A stretch of 64,000 nucleotides of DNA, taken from positions 654 through 64,653 of the forward strand of contig CAVSPW010000008.1 in assembly GCA_963729935.1 (NCBI GenBank), given 5' to 3'. How positions within the stretch are numbered: position 1 is the stretch's first letter; each line of letters begins with the position of its first letter. Below are positions 17,361 to 26,435 of the stretch, piece after piece. A program made the position numbers and the translations under genes. The DNA is from an uncultured Alphaproteobacteria bacterium. Lineage in GTDB: Bacteria; Pseudomonadota; Alphaproteobacteria; ATCC43930; CGMCC-115725. The notes below the pieces were generated by a model. It did not search any database, had not been told where the DNA came from, and saw only the letters and a list, made by a program, of their open reading frames with translations.

Positions 17361-18152
17361 ATGAACGACGCGACCAATCTTTTCGCGGATGGCGAAGCTT
17401 ATGAAAAACTCATGGGCCGTTGGAGCCGCTTGGTCGGCGACGCGTTCATCGACTGGCTGGATGCGCCAAAGGGCCTGCGATGGCTCGATCTTGGCTGCGG
17501 CAATGGCGCATTTACGGAGCGGCTCATCGACCGCTGCGGCCCTGCCGCGGTCACGGCGATCGACCCGTCAAAGGAGCAGCTCGCTTATGCGCGCGCGAGG
17601 CCTGGAACGAAGCTCGCAAATTTTCAGCTGGGCGATGCGCAGAAGCTTCCCTTTGCCGACGGCAGTTTCGATGCCGCCGCCATGGCATTGGTGATCACGT
17701 TCCTTCCCGACCCGGCCAAGGCCGTGGCCGAAATGGCGCGTGTCGTGCGGCCGGGCGGCTGGATCGCGACTTACATGTGGGATGTGCTGGGCGGCGGACT
17801 GCCCAATGCGCCGATCTTCGCCGCGATCAAAGCGCTGGGCCTTCCCTCTCCCTATCCGCCCGGCTCCGCCGCCTCGCGGCAAGATGCCATGCTCACCTTT
17901 TGGGAAAAGGCCGGGTTGAAATCAATGGATGTGCGCGCGATCCGTATCACGACTTCATACGTCGATTTCGAAGATTTTTGGCGGTCGAATGCCGTTGGGG
18001 TGGGACCCTTGGGCAAAGCGATCGATGAGATGGCGCCCAGCATGCGAGAGAAAATACGGTCTCAGCTGCGCGAAAGCCTGGTTACAGGCTCGGATGGAAG
18101 GGTGACTTGTGAGGCGTTCGCCAACGCCGTCAAAGGACGTGCGCCCGAGTGA
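17361..18152 (+). CDS. class I SAM-dependent methyltransferase
   Basis: RWLDLGCGNGAFTERL, FDAAAMALVITFLPD and VVRPGGWIATYMWD. Confidence 0.85.
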   Translation: MNDATNLFADGEAYEKLMGRWSRLVGDAFIDWLDAPKGLRWLDLGCGNGAFTERLIDRCGPAAVTAIDPSKEQLAYARARPGTKLANFQLGDAQKLPFADGSFDAAAMALVITFLPDPAKAVAEMARVVRPGGWIATYMWDVLGGGLPNAPIFAAIKALGLPSPYPPGSAASRQDAMLTFWEKAGLKSMDVRAIRITTSYVDFEDFWRSNAVGVGPLGKAIDEMAPSMREKIRSQLRESLVTGSDGRVTCEAFANAVKGRAPE

Positions 18153-18195
18153 TGTCGACGAATTGAATGACACTCCGGCGCAGTGCAACGGTTTC

Positions 18196-18280
18196 TCATG
18201 GCACTTCTTGGAAGCGTCCTTCATGCGTTCACGCCCTAAAGACCGCGAAGCCGCCGGGGATCAATCCGGATTATTCGTTT
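18196..18280 (+). repeat. degenerate third copy of the dispersed ~80-bp element
   Basis: TCATGGCACTTCTTGGAAGCGTCC matches the 5' part of copies at 12182 and 21340 (about 21/25). The remainder is diverged. It starts 44 nt after a stop codon. Confidence 0.4.
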
Positions 18281-18318
18281 GCCACGCGATCATCGCAAAG
18301 CTAACGTCTTGAGAGTGA

Positions 18319-18369
18319 CGGGGATGGAGTCCCCCGATAACCGCTCGTCGTGAGCTGATGACTCCTACC
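18319..18369 (+). promoter_or_regulatory. fluoride riboswitch (crcB RNA motif)
   Basis: GGGGAUGGAGUCCCCCGAUAACCGCUCGUCGUGAGCUGAUGACUCCUACC carries the conserved GAUGG...AACCGC...GCUGAUGACUCCUAC elements and pseudoknot complementarity (GGAGU/ACUCC). crcB lies downstream. Confidence 0.8.
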
Positions 18370-18551
18370 AAGCGCCGTCACCTGCGCGGGTAGGAGGTTT
18401 TGTTCGAACCTCCCGAACCCGGCGCGTGCCGGATGAGAAGAGGAGGCCAATCGGTGATCGGCACAACAGCTTTCAGGATCCTTACGACACGCGGCGTCAT
18501 CGTCGCGCGGGCCAGCGCGCCCGACGCGCGCAAGATCGTTCGAGGCTTGCG

Positions 18552-18974
18552 ATGAATGGGGCGAGCGCGATCATGGCCTCGCTCTGGGTGGCCCTGGGAA
18601 GCGCCATCGGCGGCGTCTCCCGCTATTGGGTGGGCGTGATCGTCGCCCGGCTCGCCGGCGAGACATTCCCTTGGGGTACCCTGCTGATCAATGCCGTGGG
18701 TTCCTTCGTGATCGGCTATTTTGGCACCTTGACCGCGGCCGATGGGTTGCGCCCGGCCGGCATCGAGGCCCGGCTCTTCGTCATGGTCGGCCTGTGCGGC
18801 GGCTTCACGACCTTCTCCTCCTTCAGCTTGCAGACCGTCGAGCTGCTGCGCGGTGCCGAGAACGCGCGCGCTTTGGCCTATATCCTTGCGTCGGTCGGCC
18901 TCTGTCTCGCGGGAACGGCCTTCGGCCATTACGCTGCCGGACTGGGCGCCGCCACCTTGGGCACTCGAAGCTGA
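18552..18974 (+). CDS. crcB: fluoride efflux channel CrcB
   Basis: GSAIGGVSRYWV..FPWGTLLINAVGSFVIG...GLCGGFTTFSSFS is the canonical CrcB sequence. Confidence 0.9.
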   Translation: MNGASAIMASLWVALGSAIGGVSRYWVGVIVARLAGETFPWGTLLINAVGSFVIGYFGTLTAADGLRPAGIEARLFVMVGLCGGFTTFSSFSLQTVELLRGAENARALAYILASVGLCLAGTAFGHYAAGLGAATLGTRS

Positions 18975-18989
18975 ACGGGAGCAGAGCCC

Positions 18990-19817
18990 ATGCCGCTCGA
19001 CATCGCCGCCGTCCTGGTGGATCCCGAGACCGCCGCCTCGTGCCTCATGGGAGCCGCCGCCGCCGCGTCGGTCGACAGCGCCGCCCGAATCGAGGGCTTC
19101 CACGCGCGGCTCAAACCGGAAAGCATGATTCTTCCTACCGAGGAAGTGCTCACGGCCGCGCGGCAGAAGAGTCTGGAAGCCGCCGCCTCGGCGCGTTCCG
19201 GCCAACTCCAGAAAGTCTTCCGCGACTGGGCCGCCGCCTCGGGCCTCGCCGCTGCGAACGCGCAGTGGCAGGAAGTCTTGGTCGAGAGCGTCGACAACGC
19301 CGTCGCGGCGCGCGGCCGGGCTGCCGATCTGATTGCGCTGGTGCGTCCGGCCAATCCCGAAGGCAATGCCGCGCTCCATGCCGCCATCTTCGAGACCGGA
19401 CGGCCCCTGTTGCTCTTGCCGCGGCGCTCCGTTTGCCGAAGTTTCGGCAAGCACCTCGCGATTGCCTGGAAGGCAAGCGGACCGGCCGAACGTGCCGTCG
19501 TTGCGGCGAAACCCTGGCTGCGCCGGGCGGAGCGTATCTCGGTGCTCATGATCGGCGAGGCCGGCGACGCTCAAGCCGCGTTGCCCGCGGAATTATCGGC
19601 GCTGCTCGAGGGACATGGGCCGCGACCCGATGTCCTCCTCTCGCCTCCGGGTAAAATGACCGTGGGCGAGCGGCTGTTGCGGATGGCGACGGAAATCAAC
19701 GCGGATGGCCTGGTCATGGGCGCCTATCAGCACCCTCGGATCATGGAAATGATCTTGGGCGGCGTGACGCGCGAGGCGCTGCATCATGCCGAGCTGCCGC
19801 TGTTCTTGATGCATTGA
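18990..19817 (+). CDS. universal stress protein family protein (tandem USP domains)
   Basis: The C-terminal ADGLVMGAYQHPRIMEMILGGVTREALHHAELPLFLMH is a USP signature, and the length fits two domains. Confidence 0.75.
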   Translation: MPLDIAAVLVDPETAASCLMGAAAAASVDSAARIEGFHARLKPESMILPTEEVLTAARQKSLEAAASARSGQLQKVFRDWAAASGLAAANAQWQEVLVESVDNAVAARGRAADLIALVRPANPEGNAALHAAIFETGRPLLLLPRRSVCRSFGKHLAIAWKASGPAERAVVAAKPWLRRAERISVLMIGEAGDAQAALPAELSALLEGHGPRPDVLLSPPGKMTVGERLLRMATEINADGLVMGAYQHPRIMEMILGGVTREALHHAELPLFLMH

Positions 19818-19868
19818 AACGATGGACCTTTTGGAATTCGCGGGCCTCTTTCGATCCGGATTCGGATC

Positions 19869-20336
19869 ATGAGACGCATCGGTGACGCGTCGTTCTTCCG
19901 GATCGTCGACCAACTCTTTGGCGCCGGAGCGACACCGCTCAATGCCGCGAGATGGACGATCGACGGGGTCGATTGGCGGCGCGAACGGCACAATTATTCC
20001 GGCGACAGCCACGGATTCACCGTGGAGGTCACGACCGGAACGAGCGCGCGCAAACCGTCTTGGAACCTGATCATCGTCAAGGAATACTGGCGCAAGGCCG
20101 AAGCTGGCGAGGGCTTCAAGAACTCTTCAATGGGCCCAGGTCACGTCGGGGCATCGTGCGGATGTCGATGCGTGGCTCAGGCGCCAGGAACGGATTTTAG
20201 ATCGATAGGACCGGCTACCGATATTCGGAAGATTGGGCCGGAGAAATCCACCGAAGGGTCGCCCGCGAAGAAAGCGGAAGCCGCCGAGGCAGGCGGCGCG
20301 ACCATCTTGATCCAGATCAATGACAGCGCCCATTGA
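19869..20336 (+). CDS. hypothetical protein (C-terminal half low-confidence)
   Basis: The first ~85 aa are protein-like (WTIDGVDWRRERHNYSGDSHGFTVEVTTG..NLIIVKEYWRKAEAG). The tail looks non-coding, so a frameshift is possible. Confidence 0.35.
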   Translation: MRRIGDASFFRIVDQLFGAGATPLNAARWTIDGVDWRRERHNYSGDSHGFTVEVTTGTSARKPSWNLIIVKEYWRKAEAGEGFKNSSMGPGHVGASCGCRCVAQAPGTDFRSIGPATDIRKIGPEKSTEGSPAKKAEAAEAGGATILIQINDSAH

Positions 20337-20402
20337 ATCGCCCGATTCTTTTTTCGAAGCAACGCGACGCGAGAAATTCTCGCCGCTTCGCGGAGGTGGG
20401 CC

Positions 20403-21302
20403 ATGACGGACTATTGCTGCTTCTTCGTGGACAATGAAGATCACGTCAGGGACATCGCGCCCCATCTCAGTTGCCGGGACGACGCGGAGGCGTTGCGCGT
20501 CGCCGAAAAACTCTTGGCCGAAAAACTGCGGGCGGAGATGTGGCGAGTCGCGGCCGTCGAGGTTTGGGACAACACAAGGAAAGTCGCGCGACGCACAAAA
20601 ATCGATCACGCAGCGGTCGCGGACTTTACCGAAGCCGGACGGGATAAAGCGGCGAAGGGCCGGGCAAATACGGCGCCCGCCCCCTTGGCAAGCGGTCGAG
20701 ACGGGCCGCGGCGGGGCGTCACCAACGACTTCATTGAAGTTCTCCGCCGGGAACATCGCAATATCGAAAGCCTGCTCCACGTCCTCGAACAAGAGCTCAA
20801 CGTGTTCGACCGCGGCGACGGGCCCGATTACGAGGTCGTCCGCGCCATCATCGACTACTTCAAGGACTATCCCGAATCCTGTCATCACCCGCGGGAGGAT
20901 ATGGTCTTCGAGAAGCTGAAGGCGCGCGATCCCGTGGCTGTCGGGGCGATCGGCGATCTCGAAGCCGCGCATCGGGAAGGCTACCAGCGTCTGCGTCGAG
21001 TCGCCGAGACCGTCGATGCCGTCTTGGCGGACCAGGAACTCCCGCGCCAAGCCGTGGGCGATATCATTCGCGACTTCATCGACCACCAAAGGCAGCATAT
21101 TGCCATGGAGGAGCGCGTGTTCTTTCCCGCCGCGCTCAACGGATTGCAGCCGGGCGATTGGGCGGATCTCGCGCTGCAACTGGCGGGCCGGCCCGATCCG
21201 TTCGGTCAGTTGGATTTCGAACAGAAATTCAACACGCTCCGGCGCAATATCCTGAAAATGGAAGAGGAATCGAATGCGGCGCGGCCTGTCCCGCCGTCAT
21301 GA
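20403..21302 (+). CDS. hemerythrin (HHE cation-binding) domain protein with an extra N-terminal domain
   Basis: REHRNIESLL, DYPESCHHPREDMVFEKL and DHQRQHIAMEERVFFP are His/Glu motifs of the hemerythrin fold. The N-terminal ~70 aa resemble small stand-alone rhizobial proteins. Confidence 0.7.
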   Translation: MTDYCCFFVDNEDHVRDIAPHLSCRDDAEALRVAEKLLAEKLRAEMWRVAAVEVWDNTRKVARRTKIDHAAVADFTEAGRDKAAKGRANTAPAPLASGRDGPRRGVTNDFIEVLRREHRNIESLLHVLEQELNVFDRGDGPDYEVVRAIIDYFKDYPESCHHPREDMVFEKLKARDPVAVGAIGDLEAAHREGYQRLRRVAETVDAVLADQELPRQAVGDIIRDFIDHQRQHIAMEERVFFPAALNGLQPGDWADLALQLAGRPDPFGQLDFEQKFNTLRRNILKMEEESNAARPVPPS

Positions 21303-21339
21303 TTTAGATCTCGTAGCCGGAGCCCGCGTATCCGCTCAT

Positions 21340-21421
21340 GGCGCATCTCGGAAGCGTCGGAGATGGAGCGTGGGGCCTGCGCCCGCTTGCGAAGCGGATT
21401 CCGGCAAGCCGCGCCAAAGCG
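21340..21421 (+). repeat. dispersed ~80-bp hairpin element, copy B
   Basis: Aligns with 12182-12263 and has the same CCGCTTGCGAAGCGG hairpin. It starts 38 nt after the hemerythrin stop. Confidence 0.7.
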
Positions 21422-21422
21422 C

Positions 21423-21908
21423 TCAAGCGCGCCGATAGCGGAAGCGGCGCGCCGCCAGGACGCCGAGAATCACAAAGATCGCGAGGTTGACGAGCTGCGC
21501 GATCGCGAAGGGCGGCTCCGTTCCCGTCGGCGCCAGCGGATGGAGCGCCGCCAACTTCATGAAGGCCTGCGCGATCGCGACGAAGACGAGGAAATAAAGT
21601 GCCGTCACCGCACCCACCGCATAGATCCAGCGCCACCGCCCGGCGAGGTGGAAGACATAGCGCGCGAGGATCGCCGCCGCCAAGACGAGGAGCGAGATCA
21701 CGCCGAGCCCATGCGAGGCGCCAAAGCTTGGGGATTTGAAGAGAAACCCGGTCGCGCTGGTCAGGGCCGCGGCCGCGAGATAGAGCGCGGTCCAGCGCCC
21801 GAGGCGCTTCGACAGGATGAGGCCGATGACCACGACGATTCCCGAGGCGAGCGCGACGAGGCTCAAATCGGTGTGGAAGCCGACCAAATTCAGCGGATCG
21901 AAGTTCAT
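21423..21908 (-). CDS. hypothetical membrane protein (about 5 TM helices)
   Basis: Hydrophobic helices throughout, with an ATG at 21908. Confidence 0.55.
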   Translation of the reverse strand: MNFDPLNLVGFHTDLSLVALASGIVVVIGLILSKRLGRWTALYLAAAALTSATGFLFKSPSFGASHGLGVISLLVLAAAILARYVFHLAGRWRWIYAVGAVTALYFLVFVAIAQAFMKLAALHPLAPTGTEPPFAIAQLVNLAIFVILGVLAARRFRYRRA

Positions 21909-22122
21909 CTCATGCCCCACGCCTTGCGCGATGCCGAGCAGCCCTTCTCGCACGAAGCCGGCGTCGATCGCGCGGCGGTTGCGATCTTGGCGCGCGGCGC
22001 CGGGCTATTCTGGCTCCGGCCGCCGAAGCGGCCGCGCAACGGGGGTGACGGCGCAGTTTCATGTTCAGGCCCGATGAGCCCTTTCGTCCATTCACGTCTC
22101 GTCTTATGGGCGCGCATGAGAA

Positions 22123-23235
22123 TCATTGCCATACCGCATTCAGGCTGTTCTCGTCTTGCAAGACGATCCGCGTACCGAGCCGGGCGCTTTCTCGATCGAG
22201 AATGCCCTGGAGCCAGGCTAAATCGCTCCGCAGGATTCGATTGAGCCGGAATTTCCTGATCTGGAACGGTGCAAGACGAAGGTTCACAAGCTCTCGGCTC
22301 GATATCGAATAGGTCGCGAGATACATGATAGCAAGGTCATTGCGAAACCTTTCGAAGCCTTCAATGCCTTCGTAATCATTGAGAAAATCGCCGCAGCCGT
22401 AAAGGATGAGCTTCCCGCGATAGATCTCGATTCCCTTTGCGTGGTGGGCTGAATGGCCGTGGATGACATCGAAGCCCGCGGCGTCGATCAAGCCATGCGC
22501 GAATCGTCTTTGCTCCTCTGAAATGTCGTAGCCCCAATTTCCGCCCCAATGGACCGAAGCCAGGCGCAGAGCGCCGCGACTTCCCGTTGCTTGCGCGCGG
22601 GCACCAATGCTCGCAATCGTTTGGCCGGAAAGGTCGGCGATCACGTTGACACCCGGCCGATCGGCCTCGGCCGCCCATTGGAGAGGGATGCCGCTCGTCG
22701 CCGAGCCAAACGCGAAAACCAAGACTTTGTCGTGGCCCATGACATCGAGGATAGCCGGCGCACTCGCTTGCGCGGCATCGCGGCCGGCACCGGCCGAGGA
22801 AATGTGCGCCTTCTCAAGAGTGTCCAACGTCTCGAGAAGGCCCGAGCGTCCCCAATCCAAGACATGATTGTTAGCAAGGATGCAGCAATCGACGTTGAAG
22901 GCATTGAGACAGCCGATATTGGCCGGATTCATCTTATAGTTGATGCCTTTGGGAACGGGCTTTTCGGCCTTCGTCACGCTGGTTTCGAGGTTGATAATCC
23001 GCAGGTCAGGCCGCGCGCGCTGCAATTCTTCGAATGCGTCGCCCCAGACATACGAAAAGGGGACCGATCTGGGTATAGGGCCGCTCGCGATCTCCGCGAG
23101 ATCGAGGTAAGCGCGCGCCGAGGTCACGCTGGGCTCGTAAAGGCGCGGATTGCTCGGGTAAGGAAGGATCTGGTCGATCCCTCGCCCCAACATGACGTCG
23201 CCGGTCAAACAGATTTTTATGCGATCTTGCGGCAC
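22123..23235 (-). CDS. CapA/PGA_cap family metallophosphoesterase-like protein
   Basis: ICLTGDVMLGRG, NLETSVT, ILANNHVLDWG, SVHWGGNWGY and VIHGHSAHH are CapA (poly-gamma-glutamate capsule synthesis) family motifs. The GTG at 23235 is preceded by GAGGG; the longest ORF reaches 23328. Confidence 0.75.
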   Translation of the reverse strand: MPQDRIKICLTGDVMLGRGIDQILPYPSNPRLYEPSVTSARAYLDLAEIASGPIPRSVPFSYVWGDAFEELQRARPDLRIINLETSVTKAEKPVPKGINYKMNPANIGCLNAFNVDCCILANNHVLDWGRSGLLETLDTLEKAHISSAGAGRDAAQASAPAILDVMGHDKVLVFAFGSATSGIPLQWAAEADRPGVNVIADLSGQTIASIGARAQATGSRGALRLASVHWGGNWGYDISEEQRRFAHGLIDAAGFDVIHGHSAHHAKGIEIYRGKLILYGCGDFLNDYEGIEGFERFRNDLAIMYLATYSISSRELVNLRLAPFQIRKFRLNRILRSDLAWLQGILDRESARLGTRIVLQDENSLNAVWQ

Positions 23236-23358
23236 GACGCCCTCGGCACCGGAGCGAGAGCGGCTTGGGAAGATCTTCCGGCGCGCGCTCGCCCTACGGC
23301 GGCGGCGCTCCGGTGCCGGGCACCACACGCCGGCAATACTCTTGTCGACTTGCGCGCG

Positions 23359-24426
23359 TCAAAATGCATGTAACGGCTTTCTCTCATCTCCGGATTTGGT
23401 CCTTACATCGTCTCCCGCGGATCCGGTGAAGGCCGCCAAGGCTTCGGCGCGGAGTTCTTCTTCGCGATCGACGTATCGCGGCGAGAAATGGAACGGTGTA
23501 AACCGTTTGGCGCCCGCCGCGCGGGCGAGCGATCCTGCCTGCGCTGCCGTGAGATGATGCTTGCGCGCGGCGATCGCGGCATCGGCTTCGAGAAAAGTCG
23601 CCTCGATAAATAGCTGATCGGCACCGCGCGCGAGCTCAACGATGCGCTTGGCGTTTTCTTCGTGGTAAGCGGCGTCGACGACATAGGCGATCTTCTCGCC
23701 AGCCGTGATACGCAGGACCTCCGCTTTGAGCCGACCGAGCGAGATTCGTCGCTGCTGTTCCACGCCCTTGTTTTCGCTTGGGATCGTGAAGACCATATCG
23801 TCCGGTTCGCCGCGCCGAACCGCTTGTTTGAGGCGATTGAGCCAAGGCCCGACCGAGAGGCCGAGGCGCTCGAGACGGTCTCTCCATATGTTGATATGAA
23901 GCTTTTCTTCGAGCGCGAAGGCGAGACACGGAATTCCGTGATCGAGCGTCACCGCTCTGACGCGAAACCCCTCCTCATCGAGCAGCACACCCTCGGGCGC
24001 GCGCGGGGGCGAAATCTCGATCCGGCGGAACGCGTCCCTGGTATGGAATTCCGCCGCGGCGGCGAGAGACTTTCCATCGACTTCCGCAACGCCGATGACA
24101 AAGTCGATTGGATTGTCCGCAATCAGATTCCAGGTGTAGGCGCCAAGCTTATGCTCCACCCGATCGATGAATCCGGGCGGTCCATAGAATTCGAGGCGTT
24201 GCGGCCGCCCGAGGCAGATACCCAGAAGACGGTCGAATCCGCAGAAATGATCCATATGCGCATGCGACACGAAGGCGTGGCTCAGGCGCAGCAATTTCCG
24301 CGGCGTAAGCGAGCTGAGGTCGCCAAGATCAAATACGATCGCGCGCTTCGCGAAGCGGAAATCGAGGTAGAGCCCCGCATCGCCAAAAGGGTCATTGATC
24401 AGCTGCGGCTGGAAAAGGGAAACCAT
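23359..24426 (-). CDS. RNase Z-like MBL-fold metallo-hydrolase
   Basis: It carries the HxHxDH motif (SHAHMDHFCGFDRLL). The N-terminal LINDPFGDAGLYLDFRF and C-terminal FHFSPRY are typical of RNase Z/ElaC-like proteins. Confidence 0.75.
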   Translation of the reverse strand: MVSLFQPQLINDPFGDAGLYLDFRFAKRAIVFDLGDLSSLTPRKLLRLSHAFVSHAHMDHFCGFDRLLGICLGRPQRLEFYGPPGFIDRVEHKLGAYTWNLIADNPIDFVIGVAEVDGKSLAAAAEFHTRDAFRRIEISPPRAPEGVLLDEEGFRVRAVTLDHGIPCLAFALEEKLHINIWRDRLERLGLSVGPWLNRLKQAVRRGEPDDMVFTIPSENKGVEQQRRISLGRLKAEVLRITAGEKIAYVVDAAYHEENAKRIVELARGADQLFIEATFLEADAAIAARKHHLTAAQAGSLARAAGAKRFTPFHFSPRYVDREEELRAEALAAFTGSAGDDVRTKSGDERKPLHAF

Positions 24427-24440
24427 CGAAGCTGGCTTGA

Positions 24441-24887
24441 TTATCCGCGTTCGGCGGCATCGGCTTTTGGAAGGGCTTCGGCAATCTCGTAAAGCCCCTT
24501 TGTGATCTGCTCGTGGAGATCGGCGCTGTCGGCGAGCAGCTGCGCCGACGGACTCGCAGGTCGCGACGCGGCGGATACCGCATTTTCCCACTGCGCCGGG
24601 CCGTAACTCCCATCGCCGATCCAAACCAGCGCTTGCAACTCGCAACGCGCTTCGTCGGAGAGCGAAGCAATCTCTTTCTCGAGCGCGATGCGCGCCGGAT
24701 GATCGGGCGGCAGCGGATCGAGGCCGATCGTGCTCGCCGGATCGTGCCGGCCGCGCATCGGCTGCGGCTCGCCGAGTTTCTGTTCCGCCACCTCGGACAG
24801 AATCCGATCGCGGGTCTGACGTGCGATCCGCGCCAAATCGGCGACGCGCCTAGCCTCGGCATAGCTAAAACTCTTCAGCATGGTCAT
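24441..24887 (-). CDS. DUF3775 domain protein
   Basis: ELQALVWIGDGSYGPAQWENAV...LLADSADLHEQITKGL matches my recollection of the DUF3775 signature. SD GGAGAA is present, and the gene ends 14 nt before the MBL gene. Confidence 0.6.
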   Translation of the reverse strand: MTMLKSFSYAEARRVADLARIARQTRDRILSEVAEQKLGEPQPMRGRHDPASTIGLDPLPPDHPARIALEKEIASLSDEARCELQALVWIGDGSYGPAQWENAVSAASRPASPSAQLLADSADLHEQITKGLYEIAEALPKADAAERG

Positions 24888-25311
24888 TTTCTCCACCGAT
24901 TGAGTTGAAACCGCGACCGCATTGATCACCCTATCGCCGCCGAACACGTATCAAGCTCGAATTTACGTTCCCGCTTCTTCAGCGCCGACATCGAGCACGG
25001 CAAAGCGGGAATGGATCCACGGGTCGAATCCCGCGGCCATGGCCGTTCGCGGGCGAACCGGCGCCGCGCGACGGAAATTCCGCGTTGCGGGCAAACGCCA
25101 CGGGCCTCAAAGATGCTCTTTCAAATTAATTCTCGTCTTTCCGCCGGCACGAACGTTGATTTAGATCAAGACGATATCCGGCGTCCCGCTCGGGCTTTTC
25201 CGCCGGCGAACAAGGCCGCGTCATCCAAGATGGACATGACGAAGCATTGACCCAGATCAACCGTCACGGCTCTCGAGCGTGTGTAATTTGTCTTACCGAA
25301 AATCCAAGAGA

Positions 25312-26421
25312 ATGACGGCCTGGCCGATGTCGCATGCGACGCAGCAGGACCTACTCGTCATCGACGGCGCCCATGGCGAGGGCGGCGGTCAGATTCTACG
25401 CACCGCGCTCACCTTGTCCGCGATCACGGGACGCCCGGTTCGCCTCGAACGCATCCGCGCATTCCGCCGCAAACCGGGTCTCGCGGCTCAGCACCTCACG
25501 GCGGTCCGCTCGGCGGCTTTGCTTTGCGGCGCGCGGCTCAAGGGCGATGCACTCGGCTCGACGATGTTGGAGTTCTCGCCCGAGCGGGCTGTCGCTGCTG
25601 GAAATTATGTCTTCGATGTGGGCCTGGCGCGGAAAGGGGGCAGTGCCGGCGCCGTCGCGCTGGTATTGCAGACCGTGTTGCTACCGCTCAGCTTCGCGGC
25701 GGGCGAGAGCCGGCTGGCGCTTCATGGCGGCACGCACATGGTGCTGAGTCCGTCCTTCGACTATGTCCGCGACATTTGGCTGCCCGCTCTCGCCCGACTT
25801 GGCGTGCGGGCTTCGGTCGAGCTCGTTGCCTGGGGATGGTACCCCGTCGGCAAGGGCGAGATCCGGGCGCGGATCGAGGGTCTGGGGAGCAAGACGACCC
25901 CACTGAACCCCCTCCAGCTCGTCGAGCGCGGGCCGCTTTTGCGCGTTTCTGGTCGCGCGGTCGCGGCCAATTTGCCGATGCACATTCCCTATCGGATGTC
26001 GGAGCGCGCAAAATCCTGGCTCGCAAGCTTGGGCGTCGAGCTTCGTGTCGAGCCCTTATGCGTCCACGCGGCTTGCGCGGGTGCCGGTTTATTTCTCGTC
26101 GCCGAATACGCCAATTTGAACTGCGGCTTCAGCGCGATCGGCGTCGTCGGCAAACCGGCCGAGCTGGTGGCTCAAGAAGCGGTGGGTGCCTTGCTCGCGC
26201 ATCATGTTTCGGGAGGGGCGCTCGACCGTCATCTTGGCGATCAAATTCTGTTACCGCTGTGCTTCGCGCGCGCTCCATCGCGCTTTTCAAGCGAAACCAT
26301 AACGCCGCATCTCGAGACCAACGCTTGGGTCATCGAGCGTTTCGGTCTCGCTCGCATTCGCGCGGAACGCATGGCTGCGGCAGCCGAAATCACGGTCGCG
26401 CCGACCGACGCGGCGGCTTAG
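25312..26421 (+). CDS. rtcA: RNA 3'-terminal phosphate cyclase
   Basis: IDGAHGEGGGQILRTALTLSAITGRPVRLERIRA.R.KPGLAAQHLTAV...GSAGAVALVLQTVLLPL is collinear with E. coli RtcA, including the C-terminal His region. Confidence 0.9.
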   Translation: MTAWPMSHATQQDLLVIDGAHGEGGGQILRTALTLSAITGRPVRLERIRAFRRKPGLAAQHLTAVRSAALLCGARLKGDALGSTMLEFSPERAVAAGNYVFDVGLARKGGSAGAVALVLQTVLLPLSFAAGESRLALHGGTHMVLSPSFDYVRDIWLPALARLGVRASVELVAWGWYPVGKGEIRARIEGLGSKTTPLNPLQLVERGPLLRVSGRAVAANLPMHIPYRMSERAKSWLASLGVELRVEPLCVHAACAGAGLFLVAEYANLNCGFSAIGVVGKPAELVAQEAVGALLAHHVSGGALDRHLGDQILLPLCFARAPSRFSSETITPHLETNAWVIERFGLARIRAERMAAAAEITVAPTDAAA

Positions 26422-26435
26422 CAAAGGGTCCATCC

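Noticed and set aside
20068-20210. A possible frameshift in the hypothetical ORF 19869-20336. The +1 frame reads ..LQWAQVTSGHRADVDAWLRRQERILDR*, which looks more protein-like than the annotated tail.
   Set aside because: No family is recognisable in either frame, so the correct reading cannot be decided from sequence alone. It is mentioned only as a possible fourth indel.
25018-25037. A tRNA T-arm-like string, CCACGGGTCGAATCCCGCGG, lies in the rtcA upstream spacer. It could be a tRNA gene or an att-site remnant.
   Set aside because: The loop is one base short of the GTTCGAATC consensus. No acceptor, D or anticodon arm can be drawn around it. The only pairing partner gives a 20-nt loop.
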